From positions 1 to 37,194 of IMG/VR virus record IMGVR_UViG_3300033487_000023: a stretch of DNA of 37,194 nt. One strand, written 5' to 3'. Within the stretch, counting starts at the first letter, position 1; the number at the start of each line of letters is the position of its first letter. Below the pieces are notes generated by a model. That model ran no database searches. It saw only the letters and a list, made by a program, of their open reading frames with translations, and was not told the origin of the DNA. The position numbers were made by a program, and so were the translations under genes. The stretch is from a virus (Duplodnaviria > Caudoviricetes). Below, piece after piece: positions 32,725 through 37,194 of this stretch.

Positions 32725-35700
32725 GGCGTCACCGCGTTGACGCTCGGAGCCGTGACGGTCGTGTAGTGCGCGACGACAGCGACCTTGCCTGCCGTGCAGT
32801 TGCCGCCCGCGAAGGTGATCGTCACCTCGCCAGCCGCGAGTTGCGGGTTGCCCCAGTTCGCCGTCGCGTCGCTGTTGTCGGTCGTGGCGCCGAGCGTCGC
32901 TGTCGCTTCGACTCCATACAGATCCGCGTCCGCACCGTCACCAACGCTGTATCCTGTCGAGCCCGTCAGAGCAGTCGTGATGCGCGTGGTCACGCCATGC
33001 AGGATCGCACCGTCAGGAATGAGGCTGGTCGTGACGAGCGTCGCGCTTCCGCCGCCACCTGCACAGGTCAGCTCTTCCTGGGCACCCGTGCTGCTCGTCT
33101 TCGCGCCGAGGGTTCCTACCGTGTGCGCGAGCATGTCCCAGGTCAGCGTGGCGAATTGCTGCGGGTCGTTCGCGTCGCTGGATTGGAAAAAGAATGTTGG
33201 ATCGTTCTGATCGGCGTGGGCGAAATCTGTATTTCTGTCTGCATAGTCACAAACTATAAGTGACTCGGTGTCTGTACCAAGGCCAATGACAGCACTGTCT
33301 GGTGTTTGATCCGTTTGAAAGCCTATAACCAGATCTGGCCCATTCCCAAACACAGCTTCTACGTCATCCGCAAGAAGCAGTTGCGTCATGCCTGTAAACG
33401 CCAGCCTCTCGCTGCTATCGATATTCATACAGACGTCCGTGCTTGTTGGGTTCGCTTCCCAGCACACACTCTCCGCATTCCCCAACCTCACAACCCCCGA
33501 GTCTGCGGGGTCGGCGGCGGTGCTTTGGAAGTATGGTGCCTGCACCGTCGTGTCGAAGTCGAAGCGGTCCTCATCCTCCATGTACGTGATCGAACCGTCC
33601 GCACTCTGCCCGTTGACGTCGATACGGTAGTCCACATCCGCCGTGCCTGTGCCGAAGCTGATCACCGTGTCGTGGATGTCGAGCGTTGCTGTCGCCGCGC
33701 CGGCATCGTTGGGTGCGGAGATGCGCAGGTAAGGATCTCCACCATGGATGGTTTGGATGGTCGTCTCTTGTGGTGTCGTAGTGTTGTCGGCAACAAGACT
33801 GATAGCCCCGGATTCGCAGGTAGTGCCACAGTCGAGAGCATAGAAGGCGCTGGCCCCATTCGCTGAGTAGCCCGAGGCAATAACCCCGGTCGAAGCACTG
33901 TCATCTGCGAGCCGGGCTTCCATGTTTGCGGCGTTGCGCTTCCAAGCTGGATAGGCATTGGTAGTACCGCTGATAGCCACCACTGAAGTTGCCGGGCTCA
34001 GCACCAAGTCGCCCTTGCCGGTTGTGATGACGCCGTCAGTCTGGTCGTGGGCAAGAGATAGCCATTGGGTGTTGTCAGTATCGGGGTCTACTGCGGAATG
34101 GATCCATAGAGTGGGGTTGGTCTGCTGGACATGATCATAGTCACGCCCCGAATAGGCATATGTGCCGTAAACCAAGTTATGGTCAGATCCACCACCCGAG
34201 ATATCGGTGCTGATCAACGCCTGTTGGCTTGCAGTGGTGTTTAGTTTCAGCCCGCTACCTGCAGTCGAACCGATCAGCACGCTCCCTGCTGTGGTTTGAA
34301 GCCCCCCATAAGCCACCACTGCCCCATTGTAGTCCACAGAGAAATACTTGGCTCCGTTCTTGTATAGACTATACCCATATACACCACCACCCCAATGGGT
34401 GTGACTGGTGTCCGTCAAATTCATCTTTATGCCTTGATAGTACATAGTAGGATCTGCCGCTGTGGGATCATTCAAAGTCTGATTCACAATCAACGCCGCG
34501 TCGGCAGTTTGTGCGGCCGTCAGTGTAGGCAGGTCCGCGTGGATCGTGCCCGCGTCCACCGCAATCTTCCCGCCGGTGGCGTCGTGCTGGAGGTAGAAGC
34601 GTTTGAGCTTCTCGTCGGCGGTACAAGCGGTGGGAGTCGCGCAAGGACCCCATTGCATCACAAGGGTTGGCGTTGTTTGATCTGGTATACCAAAGTCAAC
34701 TCCGTTTGCAGCACCATCTGCTATGAGAAATGTTCTAGAATTGCTCGACGATCCATTGAGCCCAAGGGTGAACACGTTCTTGAGCGCTGGTACTGAATTG
34801 TTGAATAGATATGGTGATCCCGAATAGCCCGCCGTCCCAAAGGCGATCGAATAATTATCCGCCTGTCTGATGTTGGTATTGAATGCGAACACGTTGGTTC
34901 CAGACGTACCACTTTTCATTGCTATTACGTTTGCCTCGAAGTCTAGATCGAAGCAAACCTCTTCCGGGTTCGTCCCCCCATTCCCCCCGAAGCAAATGTC
35001 GCCGTCTGCCGTGTTGGTGACGTACTCGCCGTTCTGGCCAGCTACTCCTGCGACGAGGGTCCCAGCGTAGTTGGGGACGGCGCCGACCGAAGCAACGGTG
35101 AGCTGCGAACCGCCGACGAAGGGCTTGATGTCGATTCGCCCGTCTTCGCCTGCTGCGGTCGGGTCCACGTTGATTGCCTCGAGTCGCACGAATTCCTGGT
35201 CGGCGGCACCCGAGTCCTTGCCTGCGAAGATGACGCGCCCGAGCACGTCCGCAGCTAGTGGAGACGCCGAGTTGTGCGCGAAGCCGAGGGTCGGCCCGAG
35301 AGCGCCGTCGTCGGCCAAGGGGAGGCTCATACCAGCCCCCTGCGTGGTCATGCCGAGCTCTTGCACCTTCTTCTCGGCTCCTCCGATGTAGGCCCACGTG
35401 TCGAGGCGGAAGTCCTCGCTCGTGGATGTCGGGTCAACCAAGACGCCGAATTGGGAGCCGTAGTGCTGCGCGTTCGCGGCGCTGTCGGTGGAGTAGTATT
35501 GCACGCCACCGATTCCATCATCGGCCGTAGGCGTTCCGTCCGCGTAGCGGAAAATCATCGTTGGGCCTGTGACTCCCGTGGCCGTGGACTGCAGCTCGAG
35601 ATAGCTCCCTGCTCCGCTGTCGAGCGAGGCGATGACGTCGCCTGAGCCGTTCGGGTCAATCGTGAGGTCCTCGTTGGTGTTCGTCACCACAAACGAGTCC

Positions 35701-36092
35701 GCGTCCGTCCCGAGGATGATGTCGCCGGTTCCGTTCGGTGCGAGCTGCAGGTGCTCGTTTGTCGCGGTCGTGATGTCGGCCGTCACGCCAGAGAAGATGG
35801 CCTGAACGGCCCACGTCGCCGCCGCGGTCGTGATGAGGCACTGCGGGCCGGCCGCGTTGAGGTAGAGCGCGGTCTGGTCGTCTGTCCCGTTCTCCCAGCG
35901 CGAGTCCGAGTCCGCGTCAAGGTAGAGGTCGAACCCGAGCATCTTGAGGTCGCCAGAGAGGCCGCCAGCGGTCAGGAACTCCTCGGCGTCAGGGTAGAGT
36001 TGAGGCATCGGCTCGGCGATTGCGCGCAGGCAGACCGCCAAGACCAGGGCGGCGCCAAGCACCGCGATAGCAATCCCGAGCTTTCGCAACAT
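32721..36092 (-). CDS. Large beta-rich fibre-like protein with N-terminal signal peptide and internal repeats
   Basis: 1123 aa, Gly/Thr/Asp-rich; starts MLRKLGIAIAVLGAALVLAVCLRAIA-EP; LAPNGTGDI/IDPNGSGDV fibre repeats; AGGAG RBS. Confidence 0.8.
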   Translation of the reverse strand: MLRKLGIAIAVLGAALVLAVCLRAIAEPMPQLYPDAEEFLTAGGLSGDLKMLGFDLYLDADSDSRWENGTDDQTALYLNAAGPQCLITTAAATWAVQAIFSGVTADITTATNEHLQLAPNGTGDIILGTDADSFVVTNTNEDLTIDPNGSGDVIASLDSGAGSYLELQSTATGVTGPTMIFRYADGTPTADDGIGGVQYYSTDSAANAQHYGSQFGVLVDPTSTSEDFRLDTWAYIGGAEKKVQELGMTTQGAGMSLPLADDGALGPTLGFAHNSASPLAADVLGRVIFAGKDSGAADQEFVRLEAINVDPTAAGEDGRIDIKPFVGGSQLTVASVGAVPNYAGTLVAGVAGQNGEYVTNTADGDICFGGNGGTNPEEVCFDLDFEANVIAMKSGTSGTNVFAFNTNIRQADNYSIAFGTAGYSGSPYLFNNSVPALKNVFTLGLNGSSSNSRTFLIADGAANGVDFGIPDQTTPTLVMQWGPCATPTACTADEKLKRFYLQHDATGGKIAVDAGTIHADLPTLTAAQTADAALIVNQTLNDPTAADPTMYYQGIKMNLTDTSHTHWGGGVYGYSLYKNGAKYFSVDYNGAVVAYGGLQTTAGSVLIGSTAGSGLKLNTTASQQALISTDISGGGSDHNLVYGTYAYSGRDYDHVQQTNPTLWIHSAVDPDTDNTQWLSLAHDQTDGVITTGKGDLVLSPATSVVAISGTTNAYPAWKRNAANMEARLADDSASTGVIASGYSANGASAFYALDCGTTCESGAISLVADNTTTPQETTIQTIHGGDPYLRISAPNDAGAATATLDIHDTVISFGTGTADVDYRIDVNGQSADGSITYMEDEDRFDFDTTVQAPYFQSTAADPADSGVVRLGNAESVCWEANPTSTDVCMNIDSSERLAFTGMTQLLLADDVEAVFGNGPDLVIGFQTDQTPDSAVIGLGTDTESLIVCDYADRNTDFAHADQNDPTFFFQSSDANDPQQFATLTWDMLAHTVGTLGAKTSSTGAQEELTCAGGGGSATLVTTSLIPDGAILHGVTTRITTALTGSTGYSVGDGADADLYGVEATATLGATTDNSDATANWGNPQLAAGEVTITFAGGNCTAGKVAVVAHYTTVTAPSVNAVTP

Positions 36093-36111
36093 GTCAGTCT
36101 CCTTCTCCTTC

Positions 36112-36603
36112 TCAGTGCCCGAGCAGATAGCCGGTCACAGTGATCTTGTCCGTCGCGCCAGGCGAGCCCCCGTGCGCCACCACGCACGATAGAGCAGCGT
36201 ATCCCTCGATTCGCATCCTCACGACCCACTTCGTATCGGCCGAGAGGCTCGCCGTGACGAAGACGCCGCCCATGTTCACGGTGCAGGTCCCGGTGGCCGT
36301 GGTGCAAGTCGTCGGCGAGAACGCGGCCGTCGCCACCGTGCGCCCGACCTTGCACGTGGTCGTGATGGTCCCAGCCGTGGCCGTATAGTCGAAATAGTGC
36401 TCGAGCACGATCTCGTCATAGCCCAAGATGTCGATGTTGTTCTCCCTGGGCCCGACCGTGAAGGTGCGCGTCGCCGCCGCTCCATTGAGCGCCTTCGCAT
36501 CGAGCAGCGTGCCGAGGTCCATGACGTAACGCTTGCCTGGCTCGCCTGCCGCGAGCGCAAGGTGCGGAAGAAGGAATGCCAAGGTAGCGATGAGTCGAAG
36601 CAT
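36112..36603 (-). CDS. Secreted beta-sandwich protein
   Basis: Likely start MLRLIATLAFLLPHLALA-A at 36603 (ALA cleavage motif); Thr-rich, four Cys. Confidence 0.75.
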   Translation of the reverse strand: MLRLIATLAFLLPHLALAAGEPGKRYVMDLGTLLDAKALNGAAATRTFTVGPRENNIDILGYDEIVLEHYFDYTATAGTITTTCKVGRTVATAAFSPTTCTTATGTCTVNMGGVFVTASLSADTKWVVRMRIEGYAALSCVVAHGGSPGATDKITVTGYLLGH

Positions 36604-36616
36604 GATCCAAGTCCTT

Positions 36617-37194
36617 TCACAGAGCATCGGTGACAGTCAAACCGGCTCCGTTTGTGGCTCCGGTTGCCTGGTCGAAGATATCGTTGCCGTGAGCGTTTCC
36701 AACCGTGGCGGCATCGTAGTTGATGCCATAACGCCCTTCGTCGATGATGTTCCCGGAGAACATGCAGGTGTCTCCGAAGGCGATCCAGATGTTGTCATAG
36801 GTATCTGCGTTCAACACGCAACTGTTGTTCGCGAACAATACACGGATAGCGTTCCAGACCCTGATTGATTCCCTATTCCTTCCTCCGACAGACAGGAAGT
36901 TGCCATATATCGTCGAATACTGAAGGGTGCCGAAGCTGATAAGTCCAGTATCGGTCGTCGCCGTTGCCTTGCCATGGACAGAGTTTCCGCTGACCCTGAC
37001 ATAGTCGCTGGTTCCCTCTCCGCGGATAGGATAGTCTGTGGCCTCAATCGTGTTTCCAATGATTGAGACATAGCTCGTGTTATTTAGATACACTCCGAGC
37101 AGATATCCGTAGATGTTGCACCCGGAGATTGTGTGTCGGTAGTTGCTCCCTGCCGCTGGGTTTAGCTTGATTGCGTAAGCGGACGACCCTCCAG
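36617..37194 (-). CDS. Tailspike, 3' part (continuation of the 1-2405 ORF)
   Basis: Same frame after circularisation (...GVYLNNTSYVSIIGNTIEATD...); beta-helix rungs IIGNTI, VSGNSV, IYGNFL, FSGNII; stop at 36617. Confidence 0.9.
   Translation of the reverse strand, partial: GGSSAYAIKLNPAAGSNYRHTISGCNIYGYLLGVYLNNTSYVSIIGNTIEATDYPIRGEGTSDYVRVSGNSVHGKATATTDTGLISFGTLQYSTIYGNFLSVGGRNRESIRVWNAIRVLFANNSCVLNADTYDNIWIAFGDTCMFSGNIIDEGRYGINYDAATVGNAHGNDIFDQATGATNGAGLTVTDAL
37062..37194. repeat. Terminal direct repeat, right copy
   Basis: Matches 1-133 with one mismatch; implies a circular unit length of 37,061 bp. Confidence 0.97.

Noticed and set aside
1-37194. tRNA/rRNA genes, stop-codon reassignment, spanins
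   Set aside because: No cloverleaf or rRNA-like segment was noticed, core genes are intact in the standard code, and no clear lipobox o-spanin could be supported by eye.

Overview
The window appears to be a complete, circularly permuted ~37,061-bp genome of a GC-rich, P22-like short-tailed dsDNA phage; positions 1-133 repeat at 37062-37194 with one SNP. Nearly all genes are on the minus strand. In order of transcription they are: an early/recombination operon (HTH, YqaJ exonuclease, RecT), O/P-like replication genes with iterons, RusA, terminases, portal, scaffold, capsid, P22 gp4/gp10-like tail hub, ejection proteins, a beta-helix tailspike spanning the contig junction, five signal-peptide-bearing fibre-like or Cys-rich proteins, and a holin/amidase lysis module. 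I saw no integrase or CI-type repressor. The main highlight lies directly downstream of recT (25585-27264): a stand-alone Cas7/RAMP-like gene and a partner gene, flanked by two non-coding arrays of 5-nt units (mostly GGC/GGT plus a variable dinucleotide). The larger array is organised into ~54-nt modules, and both arrays share a 3' tail. Read as codon positions 1-2, the variable dinucleotides of the upstream array spell a RecT-like peptide (VAVEYMTREQIEA). This matches the phage's own recT (VATEFMTKEQIER) at 9 of 13 dinucleotides and points to a gapped, wobble-skipping RNA-guided DNA-recognition system, probably aimed at competing phages. From memory it resembles the recently described VIPR systems; this is unverified. 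Other oddities are an inverted decoration-like gene inside the head module and the secreted-protein cluster. All family assignments are by eye from motifs and synteny, not database searches.
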